Below, piece by piece: positions 38,514 to 51,162 of a stretch of DNA of 64,000 nt. The translations under genes were made by a program, and so were the position numbers. Each line of letters begins with the position of its first letter. Within the stretch, counting starts at the first letter, position 1. The DNA is from Utricularia gibba (lineage: Eukaryota > Plantae > Magnoliophyta), in contig NEEC01000019.1 in NCBI GenBank assembly GCA_002189035.1, positions 1,674,001-1,738,000 of the forward strand. Direction: 5' to 3'. The notes beneath the pieces were generated by a model. The model worked only from the letters and a program-made list of their open reading frames with translations, was not told the DNA's origin and searched no databases.

Positions 38514-40058
38514 TCAATGCCCACACAAACTTCCACCCCGCGAAATCTCCCGATTCCAGATTCTCGAATCACGATCCACAAATCTGTAAACGGAGAATTC
38601 GCTTCGCCTTCTCTCTCCGCTGTGCGATTTTTCCTTCTCCGGCTGTGCATCTACCAGAACAACAGAGATTAGATTAGAATCGCCGGGAAGAGAAGCCTTC
38701 CGCGTTATATACGAAGGTGAAGGATATTATCGTCTTTTGCTTTTCAACACCAGCTGCCTCTTACTAACCTGCGCCGATGCGCATTATGTTAACTTGCGCA
38801 ACGATTTCGATTACGTGATTTCGCTTTCCATTAACGGTGTCGTTTTGCGGTCCAAATCCGATTCGGTTAACCCGGCCTGATGCCTTTCAACAAACCCCCT
38901 TGAGGTTGAACACGTTTTAATTATCTTAATCTCGCGTCACTAATGACACGCAAACTAATACGAACCTGAGAATGTTACTACTTTTTTATAACAAAATAAT
39001 ATTATAATTACAAAAATATAATATACATGGAAACGTCAATTAAAAAATAAAGTACCGGGTACGCCATTTCAAAATCCACCAATTTTGCTTTCTTTTTCAA
39101 GTGCGTATCAATTCCGTATATTGAAAACATCGGATGACTGGTTCTTCATAATCAACCCGATCGATTTAGAACAGGCCTCAAAACAATATATTATGTGCAG
39201 TAAGAATCATCATAGTATATATGATATCGTAATATTTATGTCACACAATAGTTTTCACTCACTTCTAACATAAGTCTATTTTTCGAGAAATTTAACAAAT
39301 AGGTTGTGACATGAGGTTTCTAAATGATCAAAACTGCGGATGTATCATAGTTTGTATGATAAAACTATGTACCTTTTTAATTTGAATGTATTCATTTAAT
39401 ATACGTATTCTTCAATTTAAATGTAATTTGTATTTTTGAAATCACGTGGGTTTTTTAATTAAACAATTTTCGTATATTTTTTATATTAATTCTAAATATA
39501 TTTATAAAAAATAAATTTGAAAAATTAAGTGCAATTTTTTCAATTTAACCACATAAAATGTTTATTTATCTAAGTATAAATAACTTTTACAATGTCAATC
39601 ATGGAAAATCTTTGGATTGGTTGGGCGAAGATGCAAATTTAGCGTCAGCAGCAACAGGTTTGGATAAATTTGCATATTAAATTTAATTTCAGAAACTAAT
39701 ATCTCAAATAGAATGCGAGTTAAATGTTTTAGAAAATATGGGAAATGAAAAAGGTTTTTTTTTCCGTTGAGCGGGATTGCGGTGGAATTTCAATAAATGG
39801 CTTGCCTTATTTAAAAAAGAAAAAGTTAATGACCAGATTTCGCTCAATTAAATGGAATCGGCCCAATTGAAGATTACGAGGCCCGATAGGAAAGTGACGC
39901 GGTTCTTCTTTTTGCGCAGCACGTTACATTACCCTTGGGGTTCGGACGCGGAGCTGAGGTTTTCTTTCCAGCGAGCCGCAGGAGAAAAACAAGAAAGGCA
40001 ACTTCGGCGGCAAGCTACACGCTCTTTGCTCTTTGATTTGGCAGATTGATTTTCCGGA

Positions 40059-43000
40059 ATGGCGAAGGAGAAGCCGAAGTTTCATATCTATAACACCATG
40101 ACTAAGCAGAAGGAGGTGTTTGAGCCCAGAGTCGAGGGCAAAGTAGGGATGTATGTTTGCGGCGTCACATCGTATGACCTCAGTCATATTGGACATGCGC
40201 GCGCCTACGTTGCGTTCGATATTCTCTACAGGTTTCTGTTGTTGAAATGTTCTATTTGAGGGTTGACTCTGATGTGTTTTGATTTAATGGGTTCTTGAAG
40301 TATCAGTTTGATGGATTCGATTGTTTATTGTGGAAAATTTCGCTAATGCTTTGTTGCTGTAAACGGGAATAATTTGGTGGGTTATTTCCCTTACCTGCTC
40401 CTTCACTCAATTCGATGACTTGTTTTTAGCTATTTTTCGGCTAGTTAGTTTTGATCTGAAGGAATGAACTAGCGGACTTCGTTGTAGACGTTAAAAGTTG
40501 ATGTCTTTGTGGAAGCAAAATGCTCAAATGAGTGTACTTCATTTCATTATGTGCCATTGTGGATTTCATTCTCTAGTGTCGGCTCACTGTAAAAAGCTTC
40601 GTTGCAATTCGTTAATACATTTTTTGTTCCATTGTTTCTATAAGTTCTCTTGACACATGAGCACTACACGTAGAAACTTTGTTTAGCTTAAATTCGGGGC
40701 CTGTTAGTCGTTCCTGCATGTTGTCTTAGTCACCGTCCATCTAAATCTTCTTTGTTTATGTGTCTGTTGATATTTTGCAATGTAGATTTCTAAAGTATTT
40801 GGGCTATGAGGTTGTGTATGTCCGCAATTTCACTGATGTTGATGACAAGGTGAGTGGGTTTAGGTTAATGTGTTGTTGGTAGTCATGTAGTTTTATTGTG
40901 TAATAAGTGGCGATTTTTCAGATTATAAAGAGGGCCAACGAAGTCGGCCAAGATTCAAAGGCACTGAGTAGTAGATTCTGTGAAGAGTTTCTAAATGATA
41001 TGCATGATCTGCAGTGCCTTCTTCCCACCCACCAGCCTCGTGTTACCGATCATATGGAGCAAATCAAGGAAATGATAGCTCAGGTGCCTTGTTTCTCTGC
41101 TTTCCAATTTGGTTTCGTTTTCTTATTCCCATGGGCTAGGAATATGCAATTCTGTAATCCGTTTGAATGTATGGGGTTATTGGGATCTAGTTATATGTGA
41201 AGGGTTTTTTTTTCGAGGAATATACCCGTTTGATCTGCAATCTTTTCAGGCCAAATGACCTTGCTTATTTCCATTGTTGCAGATTATCAGTAATGGATGT
41301 GCCTATGCAATTGACGGTGATGTTTACTTCTCAGTTGATAAATCTCCTAATTATGGCATTCTTTCCGGAAGGAAGTTGGGAGATAACAGAGCAGGAGAAC
41401 GAGTTGCCGTTGATGATAGAAAACGAAATCCTGCTGATTTTGCCCTTTGGAAGGTGAAATGCATATGTCTCTCTTTTTTACTGCACATCTTTATACTTCA
41501 CAATATATTTGTTTTCATTATTTTCTAGGCTGCTAAGGTTGGAGAACCATTTTGGGACAGCCCTTGGGGCCCTGGAAGACCAGGATGGCATATAGAGTGC
41601 AGTGCTATGAGTGCACATTATCTTACACCTGCATTCGATATACATGGTGGTGGGATGGATTTGATATTTCCTCATCATGAAAATGAAATTGCGCAAAGTT
41701 GTGCGGCTTGCCCGGAGAGCAAAATTAGCTACTGGATGCATAATGGTTTTGTTACAGCAAACGATGAAAAAATGTCCAAGTCCCTTGGAAATTTTTTCAC
41801 CATTCGGGAGGTAGTTGTGCAGTCCACTTGTATCCTTATACAAAGAAAACTGTTTTCTGCATTTTCTTTACTTGTGTTTTCATTTTCTAGGTTACGAAAT
41901 TGTACCATCCACTTGCTTTGAGGCATTTCTTGTTGGGAACTCATTACCGCTCGCCCGTTAATCATTCAATTGCACAGATAGAAATTTCATCAGATGCAGT
42001 TTTCTATCTGTATCAGGTGAAGCCTTGCTTTTTTTTCCCCTATGGATTCATTCATTGGATTCTCCTAGTTGTTCTCTAAAAAGGTTTTTCCAACAAGATT
42101 TTCTTGAATTGTTTGCAAATTCTTTTTAGTTTGATTTAAAATAATAAACCGTGGTTCTCCCTGTTGTAGCTTTAGTAAACTGCTTGATCATTGGATGGAA
42201 ATTTCATTACTTAAGATTCTCATCTACAGACCTTGCATGATTGTGAAGCTTCGTTGTCTGCATTCAAAGATGCAACGGAAGTGCCAGGAAAAGAAATCCG
42301 GCTGACCCCGGCTGCTGAAAATCATATAAAAAAGCTGCACTATGAGCTCGAATCAAAGCTATCTGACGACTTACACACTCCAACCATATTGAATTCATCT
42401 TTACAAGAGGCACTGCGGTTTATGAATAGTTCAGTTACTGACATGCGCAAGGCATGATGCATTCCTAAATATTGAGAATCTTGTTAGTTTTGGCTGAATA
42501 GTGAGTGTTTCTTTCCGTGTTTTCTGAGCCATCTTTGTTCACATACACAGAAGAAGCAGCAACAGAAGTCAATTGCCAAGTCCCTTGTTGCTCTACACAA
42601 AGAAGTCAGACAGGTCTTGGATGTTCTTGGTTTGCTGTCCAGCTTGAGTTATGCTGAGGTTTGTTCCTATGCTTCCTTTTTTTTTTGTCTTTTCATTGAG
42701 CCTATCTCTTTGTAGCATTGAGATTTGCATTACATGAACACATAGCCGTGAAGCCATATGTAGTATGTTTTACTGATTATTTGGCCTGATACCTCTTAAT
42801 TGGTTTCTTGAGCTCTTATTGTTTCCTTTTTTGCTTTGAATCGGATCACTGTGGCATTTCATGTTTGCAAAAAAAAAAGAAAAAAATGACATGTTCTACT
42901 ACATCCTTACTGATACAGCAGTGAATCAAAATTTTATGCTGCAGGTCTTACAACAACTAAATGAAAAGGCTTTGATAAGAGCAGGCCTAACGGAGTCAGA

Positions 43001-43259
43001 TATCCTCCACTTCATAGAAGAGAGAGTGGAAGCCAGGAAAAATGGGGAATTCACCAAGAGCGATCAGATCAGGACAGACCTCGCTGCAAAAGGTATCGCG
43101 CTGATGGATATTGGCAAGGAAACGGTATGGAGGCCGTGCGTAGCAACACAGCAAGACCAGCCAAACCTTCTCTCTGATGACAACCCCCCTGCAAACTCAC
43201 AAAACCAGGAAAATCCTGTGGAAACAGGTGATGCTCAGCCCCAGGGTGATCAGCCATAG
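40059..43259 (+). CDS. CysRS: Cysteine--tRNA ligase, cytosolic type
   Basis: [72 protein letters not shown]. 9 exons: 40059-40231, 40786-40849, 40922-41083, 41283-41453, 41529-41810, 41891-42016, 42230-42451, 42551-42658, 42945-43259; one GC-AG intron. Confidence 0.95.
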
Positions 43260-43582
43260 CCTTCTTTTATACTTTGTGGAGGAAGATGAATTGAAATTGA
43301 TACATGTAACAACTTGTTTACCTGATATACTGGGGTCATGTTTTTGAGTTTCAGCAAAAGTTTGAACCTTTGGATTCATTTATGGCCTTTTGAATAGTTT
43401 TTAAAATTCATGCATCCTAATCTAAATATCAACAATAGATTGGAATTCAGGAAAACATTTCAAAATGCTCATTGCTTCAAGAAACTTGGTGGCTTTCAAT
43501 TGCCATTGAATGTTTCTGTAGGAAAAAAAAAACTCCATTGAGAGTGACATTTTTAGACACACCAAGCAGTGTAAATAGAGAG

Positions 43583-44181
43583 TTAGGGCTGGCCAATCGC
43601 TAATCGAAGGTGCAAATCAAGCCCATGATCATCCTCCATAGCCCAACTGAATAGAGGCCCATTTATCCCTCTATCATGGGCCTTGATGTCCTGATTCGGC
43701 CCAATATGTGGCTTGGCAGGCTCCTCTATACTGCTGCCATCATACGATAAGCTCCCTGCACCCTTGACGAAACCGCAGCCATGCGACACTTGAAAGGGCT
43801 CACCGGCGCGTGAGCCATAGACCCAAGGAGAATTCGGTACGAGAAGTGTTCCAGCTTTCGCCGACGGCGGCGCGTAGGCTGACGACATCGGACTCTTGCG
43901 CATGTAGGGGAGAGCTTGAATCTGGGCTCGTTTCACCTTTTGTCTCTCCTTCTTGTGCGCGTTCTGGTGTCCACCCAGAGCCTGCGAATTCGGAAACCCC
44001 CGTAAACAATACCGACACAAGTACCTCCGCCCATCCACCGCGGCGGATTCCGGCGACCCCCTTGCCCCATCTTCGCTTCCTCGTGATCCTCCCTCACGAC
44101 GAACCCGAAAAGCTTCACCGTCGCCTCCCCAGCGCTGCATCCCTTTCTCTTGCAGTCTATGCTTGTGACCTCGAAATCCAT
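43583..44181 (-). CDS. GIS/ZFP-type single C2H2 zinc-finger repressor; apparent 1-bp deletion at 44057-44061
   Basis: N-terminal KLFGF motif in ORF 43933-44181; [26 protein letters not shown] and C-terminal EAR motif GLDLHLRL in ORF 43583-44230. One extra G joins them. Confidence 0.88.
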
Positions 44182-46460
44182 GTCTTCCCCCTTTTCTTTT
44201 TAATAACAGCTTTGAACTAATGACCGACAAGTAGACAAGCAGGGAAGAAAAGAAGAATGGAGATAGAGTTCAAGTTGAAGGGGCATTTTTATAAATCCTC
44301 AAAGGGTTGAAAAGTCTTGCCCATGAAAATACATAGATTCTTTGTAAGACATCCTACGACCAACATACGCCACTGCCTTCAGGAGACCAGTAATCTGCTG
44401 ACTCGGGGTTGGTCCTTTTTTTCTTTTTTTTTCCTTGTAAAATAATTACAAAATGAAGCCTTCTTACCCCACACATCAATCAGGTAGACAGCCCACCAAT
44501 CCAAATTAAAATAATTAATTAATTTTTAAATAAAAATAAAAGAAATGGGAAATTTGGAATATTTGAGTTGCACAAAATCTCAACGCTAGTGAAGAAAAGT
44601 CCAACTCCTTGGGAACTGAGACAAGACAGAATTGTCGGCATGCCCAATGGAAGAGCCGATTCGCTCCATTAAAAATGGATTATTCTTTTTATACAATTAA
44701 AATGTGTTTTTTCCACGTCAGAAAATACATCAAAAGCACCATGCTTTTGAAACCAAACCATACATACACACACATACATGATTATTCTCCTCCCCTTTCA
44801 CGTTTTTTTCAAAAGAAGGCCCTTTGTGTAATAATAATGATGATTTTATTTTATTTCATTAAATATTTGTTGTCAAAAAATAAAAGTCAGATTCGAGCAC
44901 ATCAGATCTTGTCCATACTCCATGCTCCAGCCGCCGTCGCTTATTCGTCAAGTGCGATCACGTTCAAATCAAGGATCGGGAGATGTACCCCGTGTGAGTC
45001 ACTCTCCGAGTCACAGTACGTTTCAAAGACCCACTTTGACACGTTGATTTCGTAGCAATTACGCAGAGCAACATCTTGATTTGCGCGATCATGGGTCAAT
45101 TACAAAACTAGTCGAGAAAATTGATTGTCTTTAATATTAATTTTTTAGTTTAATATGGAGATGATCCATTTTCTAAATGACTTTTACGATCAATCCATTT
45201 AAAGAATGTGTATTTTGTTGAAATTAAAAATTTGATAGGTCAGATTATAACACATGAAGTTAAAATATATAATAAATATCAATCATATTAGAAAAATTAA
45301 ATTCAATTGATTACTAGTAATTTGTAATTTATTATATATTTAATTATTTTACTTTTAAGTTCTGATATATTTGTTCTAATATATGTTTTCAAGTCGAATT
45401 GATCTTTGATCCGATTAAAATTTGTTTTATTTTTATTATATGTAATGCATGGTTATAGGTCAATCTATTTTTTTGTTATCTAAAAACCTAATGTATTTTC
45501 TTGTTTTTTTTTAACTGAGACTTGGACGAATGTAAAATCTATATTAGTTGTGATGTGAGATGAACGCTCTAATACCATGTTCAAATTAAAGATTCGATAA
45601 GTTAAAACAAGCATACATAAAACTTAAATACACAATAATTATATATTATATTAAAAAAGATTAAATATAATTTATTATTATTGATCTATAATTTTTTATA
45701 TACTTTATTATTTCACTTTTAAGTATTGATATGAGATTATTTCTTCTAATATCTTGAATTAAAAAGAATAAAAAATAATCTCAATCTAAAAAAATCAATT
45801 GCAAAAATATAGTTCAAATTTTAATAAGCTTAAAAAAGGGGATGGCAAGGGGTGGTAACCCTAACCAACAAGGGGCCCTGGGGGCAAGGAGTTGCGTGTC
45901 GGGTGAAGTGAGGGTTTGGTCTGTAGTTTGTCTGGAGCTGGGTGTCACGTTGAAGTGAGTTTCCTTCCCAGTAGCTCCAAAGATAGCGGTGACGTCGAGG
46001 TTCCACTAATCCCCAATTATCAACACATTTGAAATGGAAGCCCACCACCTAATCCCCACACTTGCCTTCTCCTTTCACTTGGTTTTTTCAAACATGTCTG
46101 CGTCTTCTTCGCCGCAACTCCAACGCTGTCCCGCCATCGCCTCCTCTCTGATGTCACCCCCGACTACGGATCCCATATACGACCACCGCCTCTTGGATGA
46201 CCCGAAATTTATTAAAACAAACAATCTTATATCGGGATTTGAAAATGAAATAATTGAATATATATTATAAATCAATAATAATTTATTATTCTTACTTTTT
46301 TATGATGTAATTCATATTTATTATATATTTAGATTTTATATATACTTCTTCAATCATCCTCTCCCCACCCAACTAGGAATCCCATATACAACTGTATGTT
46401 CAATGGCTCTAAATTCATTAAAAAACAATCTCAATAAAGATTTGTAATTGAAATAATCAA

Positions 46461-46480
46461 ATATATATATATATATATAT
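46461..46480. repeat. (AT)10 microsatellite
   Basis: Read directly. Confidence 0.9.
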
Positions 46481-48745
46481 TATAAATCATTAGTAATCGA
46501 TTATGTTTAATATTTTTTAGTATAATTCATATTTATTGTATATTTGAACGTTAACGTATGTCCGCTCCGCCTATCGTATCTTTAATTTTAACAAGATTGA
46601 AACATCTCGGAGCGACCGACACTGCTCACATCTCCTCTTACAAGATCATAAAGATACGAAGGGGATAAAGAGGTTTATGGGCTGGAATTTTTTAATCATG
46701 AGAGGAAACAGGTAGACCCCAGTACCAACAACTTCAAGATCATCGCCTGATTCGATCTACACCGAGAATTCTCGCTTGTGGATTCATTGACTTTGATTTT
46801 CCGTCTGCAATGGCATCATATCTGAGGGTGACGAACAAACCCTACATTCATACCCATGTTTCTTAATGAAGATTCTTTTCCGTTCGACTTTGTGGAGAAG
46901 CCGCTCGCTTTTCCAAGGACCACTGCGGAATGACAGAAACAGAATGCGATGTCCTTGGACTTGAGAGCCTTATATATGCTTCCTGGTCTCCAGCCTGAGC
47001 ATCCAAAATCAATAATTTTTTTTTTTTATCTGAATTCAACCTGTTGACATTGTTTAAGATTTTAAACATGTATGTATTTGAATTGCCTTTTTTTTTAAAA
47101 AAAAATATTTTATAAAAAAATAAATTTTGAACGGTTGGACAGCGGTTGATTACAATCCAATCGTGATTTCAATATTATTGAGTCATGATTTTTTTTATTT
47201 TAAAACGATTCGAATTTAATCAAACCATTATTATGAACAATTTACAATTAAATCACGATTGAAGCATGATTTTAAAACAATCAAAACTATTATATTTTAA
47301 ACATATATTTCTATATCTCAAAAATACTTTTAATTATAAATGCATGAAAAGTATTTACTTAAACATAAATGAATCAAATACAATATTAAACCCACTTTAT
47401 GAAAAATTAAATGGGCTTGGGCCAGATTGGGCCACTGACCGACTTCCCGAGATCAATGGCTTCGGGCTGTTGTGCGTTGAGGTCAGGCCCAAGGATCCCA
47501 ACATCCTCAACGTCACCAAAATCGCAAAATAAGACGTGGCCCATTTCGAATGAGACCACAGTCACAAGTTGTCGATTTTTTCGAAGCCACTCCTCATGTG
47601 CTGCAGTGAAAAATAATAATAAAAACGAATCCCCATAGGACAAGTCGCGGGACGTGCCACAAATGGACGACGTAGAAGGTGGGTCCCAGGTACCGTGTAA
47701 TAATATTTCAAAAACAACTAAACATTATTTTTTTTGTTTTTTAAATAAAATATTTAAATGATATTTAATAATTTTACTATCCATATTTTTTTTATGTTGA
47801 ATATTAAAATAAATGCTTGAGTGAGTGGTAAATAAAGCCAATAACCATCATTTAGGAAACAGAATAAAACACCATAGCTGTGCTAAAGAAACTGACGTTG
47901 ACTACTTTTTGGTAAGAAAGAAACCTGAATACAATGAATAGCTGGATAAAACGATGGCATATGGCCATCAACTGCTGTTGCTGAGGAGGTTGAAACAGAC
48001 CCCAGACCTAAACCTCTTTACATCATTCCCCACCTAATGGATCACGGATTCAGATTTGAGACTGGGAAAAATATGGCGTTTTGGCATTTGGGTTCTACTC
48101 CATGGATTTTGAAAATGGTTTTGGAAAGTGGGATCACCATCATTCCCGGTAGCGTGTCTGCATCACCTTTTTTCAGACAAACCTGCATTCAAAATCAAAT
48201 TTTGAAGGTCACAAGTAACCTAGTTTGCTAGATTAGTGGAAAAAAGTGTCACACAATTCGAGACCCCAGATGAGATTCCAGGAAGAGGTGCCGCAGGTAA
48301 AAGGGTGACCAGAGAAAAGGTATCACGGGGGAGTTGGATTCAGAATTCGACTTACATTGCAGCAGCTCCCAGTTTGGGGATGAGGCTGGGGACCGTGACT
48401 TCTGTTTGGGGGGACGCCTGAACATCATCAATGATTAGACTTCTGCAGCTCTGACTTGCTGTACATGGTATGGATTCAATACACTTAAAGTTGAAAAGGG
48501 GATCGAAAATAACAGAAACACACATTGAGTATAGTGTTGAATTCGAATTGAATGGGGTGAGTGAAGAAGACTACAGCAGCAGAGCGACATGTAGGCCAAG
48601 GAAGCGGATAGGGAGAGGACAGGGGGGAAAGAAGTAGGAGATGGGGACACCTGTGACTTTTTTAGAGATCAAAATTCCCCTCCTCTTCTCTCCCCTCTTC
48701 TTCTATTCCCTTTTCTCAGTTTCTCCTGAGCTAAAACAGCCTATC

Positions 48746-50141
48746 ATGTCTCAAGTCGCTGCTGCAGATGGTCATAAGAGAAGTAGAAAACCAAGAACGA
48801 CTCCAGTTTGGGTACCTAAATCTGATGGAGCACACGCGAGTGGAAGGATGAAGAGTTGCAGAAAGAAGAAGGGATTGGTGTTTCTAAGTTTCAAAGGAAT
48901 GGGGTGCACGAGCAACTTAATGCATCCATGCAGTCCGGGGAGTATGTGTTCGGCTGCTGAGAGGGAAGCGAAAGGTGGTTCTAAAAGGAACGGGGGACAG
49001 AAAACGAACAAGGGACATAGAGATCCTGCGAATGTTGCAGTTGATGTCCCGGATGTCTGCTGTGCTCCTCCAGGGATTGTTTTTTCATCTCATCTTCCCA
49101 CGAGAATCAGAAACATCCCAGTTCCTACACATGATCGAGTAAAGTTTTTTATAACCAAGTCCTGAACACAAACAGCGTCTCAGCAACTAACTGTCTCAAT
49201 GTTCTTATTTACCTCAGCACTCTCGCGAAGCAGCTAGGAGAACTGGGAATGGCCGAAGAGACGACGACTGTTTTGCGGAGGAGATTCTTGAGGTAAACAT
49301 TTACCCTGGTCGATTTCCTGATTCTCTGATCTGTAAAGAAAAAAACTTTAATGAAAATCCACTTGCAGATGATGATGTCCCAGCAAACTCTGTTTAGTGG
49401 GAGGAGTCTCATTCATGCTCATTTACGGACTCCAGATGATGAAGCTGGAGTTTGGCTTGAGCGCTCATTTGGGAGGAGACAGCTGTCGAACTTGAATTCC
49501 ATCACGAGGTTTTCCTCTCTAATTTGCATACACCTCTTCCCATTCTTCACTGCCTGAACTTTACTTTCCCCTTGATTGTCATTTTCAGGGTGAGTAGCAG
49601 TCTCAGGGAGCTTGATCCATACCATAAATGGAGAATGGATGTCGACCAAATGTCTTACGAGGTTCTTCCTAACGTTGCCCTGAAGAAAGAGAGGGATCTA
49701 TCCCCTGAGTTGAATGCAGTACTAAAATGAAGTTGTATTGAAAAATGTAACAGGAGCTGCTTGACCTGGGAGATAGGATTGGATATGTAGGCACTGGACT
49801 ACATAAAGAAGAGATATCTGGATGCCTTAAGACTAAATGGCGTTTTGATGATGAAACTGCTGCTCCATTGCCCCTAAATGATGACCAAAGATATTGGAAA
49901 TGCAGCATCTGTCAGGTAAAAAACTGCTCAACTACAATTTTGTATCCATGGATGTACTAGCAATGATTAAGCAGGCAAGTTTTTTATTTTTCTTTTCCAG
50001 GAGAACTATGAAAGGGGTAATGAGATAGGAGTACTGGGCTGTGGGCACCATCACCACGTTGACTGCATAAATCAGTGGCTCCTGAAGAAGAATTCATGCC
50101 CCATATGCAAATCCGAGGCTCTGGATAGAAAGCCTAGATAG
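48746..50141 (+). CDS. RING-H2 E3 ubiquitin ligase (MBR/HIP1-like)
   Basis: Exons 48746-49138, 49218-49292, 49369-49508, 49589-49661, 49754-49915, 50001-50141. Motifs WRMDVDQMSYEELLDLGDRIGYVGTGL, CSICQENY...CGHHHHVDCINQWLLKKNSCPICK. Confidence 0.9.
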
Positions 50142-51162
50142 CTCCTGAACTTCAAGTTCTGCAGCTCTGTTATATTGCTTCCACAATATTAGCTTTGTTT
50201 TGCTACTACGAAAATCAAATGCAATATCCCATTCCATCCACCTACTTACTGCCTTAAATCCAGACAATATAACAAACAGCACACTAGATTAGAATTCCAA
50301 TTCCTGGCTCCAAGAAGCTGATAACTGGTTCCAAGATTTGGAGCAAGGATTTCAACATGTAATCAGGAGATTTGCAGCTTCTGCATTACGCGAAAGGGCG
50401 GTCAACACCGGAGGAAGCAAGCTCTCAAGAAAAAAGAAAAAAAAAGCAGATCGACTCGAAAGACGAGAACGAAGAACCTGCCAAAGAAGGGTGTTCTCTG
50501 AAATTGGGTTTGGGTTAAGAAGAAGCTACAAAGCCCGCGTTGTCTGCCAATGGAGGGTTAAGAATATTATATCTCACAGTCCACAGGTGGTCGGTGTCCT
50601 CTAGAATCATCTGATACCGTACGACGGTAACACTGTGTTCACGGCGGAGGGAGTTGCAATGGAGAACAAGGCTGATTGAGCTGTGGGGTGTTAGCTACCT
50701 TAACACCGAAAATACTGCACCAAGCACGTCTCTAGTTGTTCGATTCGATGCTCTTACATGCCACAGGTCCACCGCGCGAGGGTGCAATAAAGAAGTTGGG
50801 AGGAGAGCAAGAAGAGGGCGCGTTTTCCAGCCACAGGCCACTCTGGAGTGCTGTGTAACTGTGAAGTTTGTAAAGCTTTCACGTCATCTAAAAAATGAAT
50901 GTACATATGTTCAGCGTAGTTTCATACACAAACAAAAGATATATCATGCAAGACGCAGTTTATAAATTTAGGAAACAACGGCATTTATATATACTGACCG
51001 TGAAACTTGGAGCAGATATTTACAATAGAATACTAAAGCGTCTGTTCACATGATCAATGTCAATGGAAAACTTGAAGAGATGCAAGAGATTAGGAAACAA
51101 TGAAAAATCCTGTCTGAGTTTAGCAATCAATCATTTCCTGCAAAACTTGCCCCAATCACCAC

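Noticed and set aside
46938-46962. miR393-like or U14-like strings in the 46.9-kb hairpin
   Set aside because: At least three mismatches in the first 17 nt to miR393, stem too short; no box C/D frame for U14.
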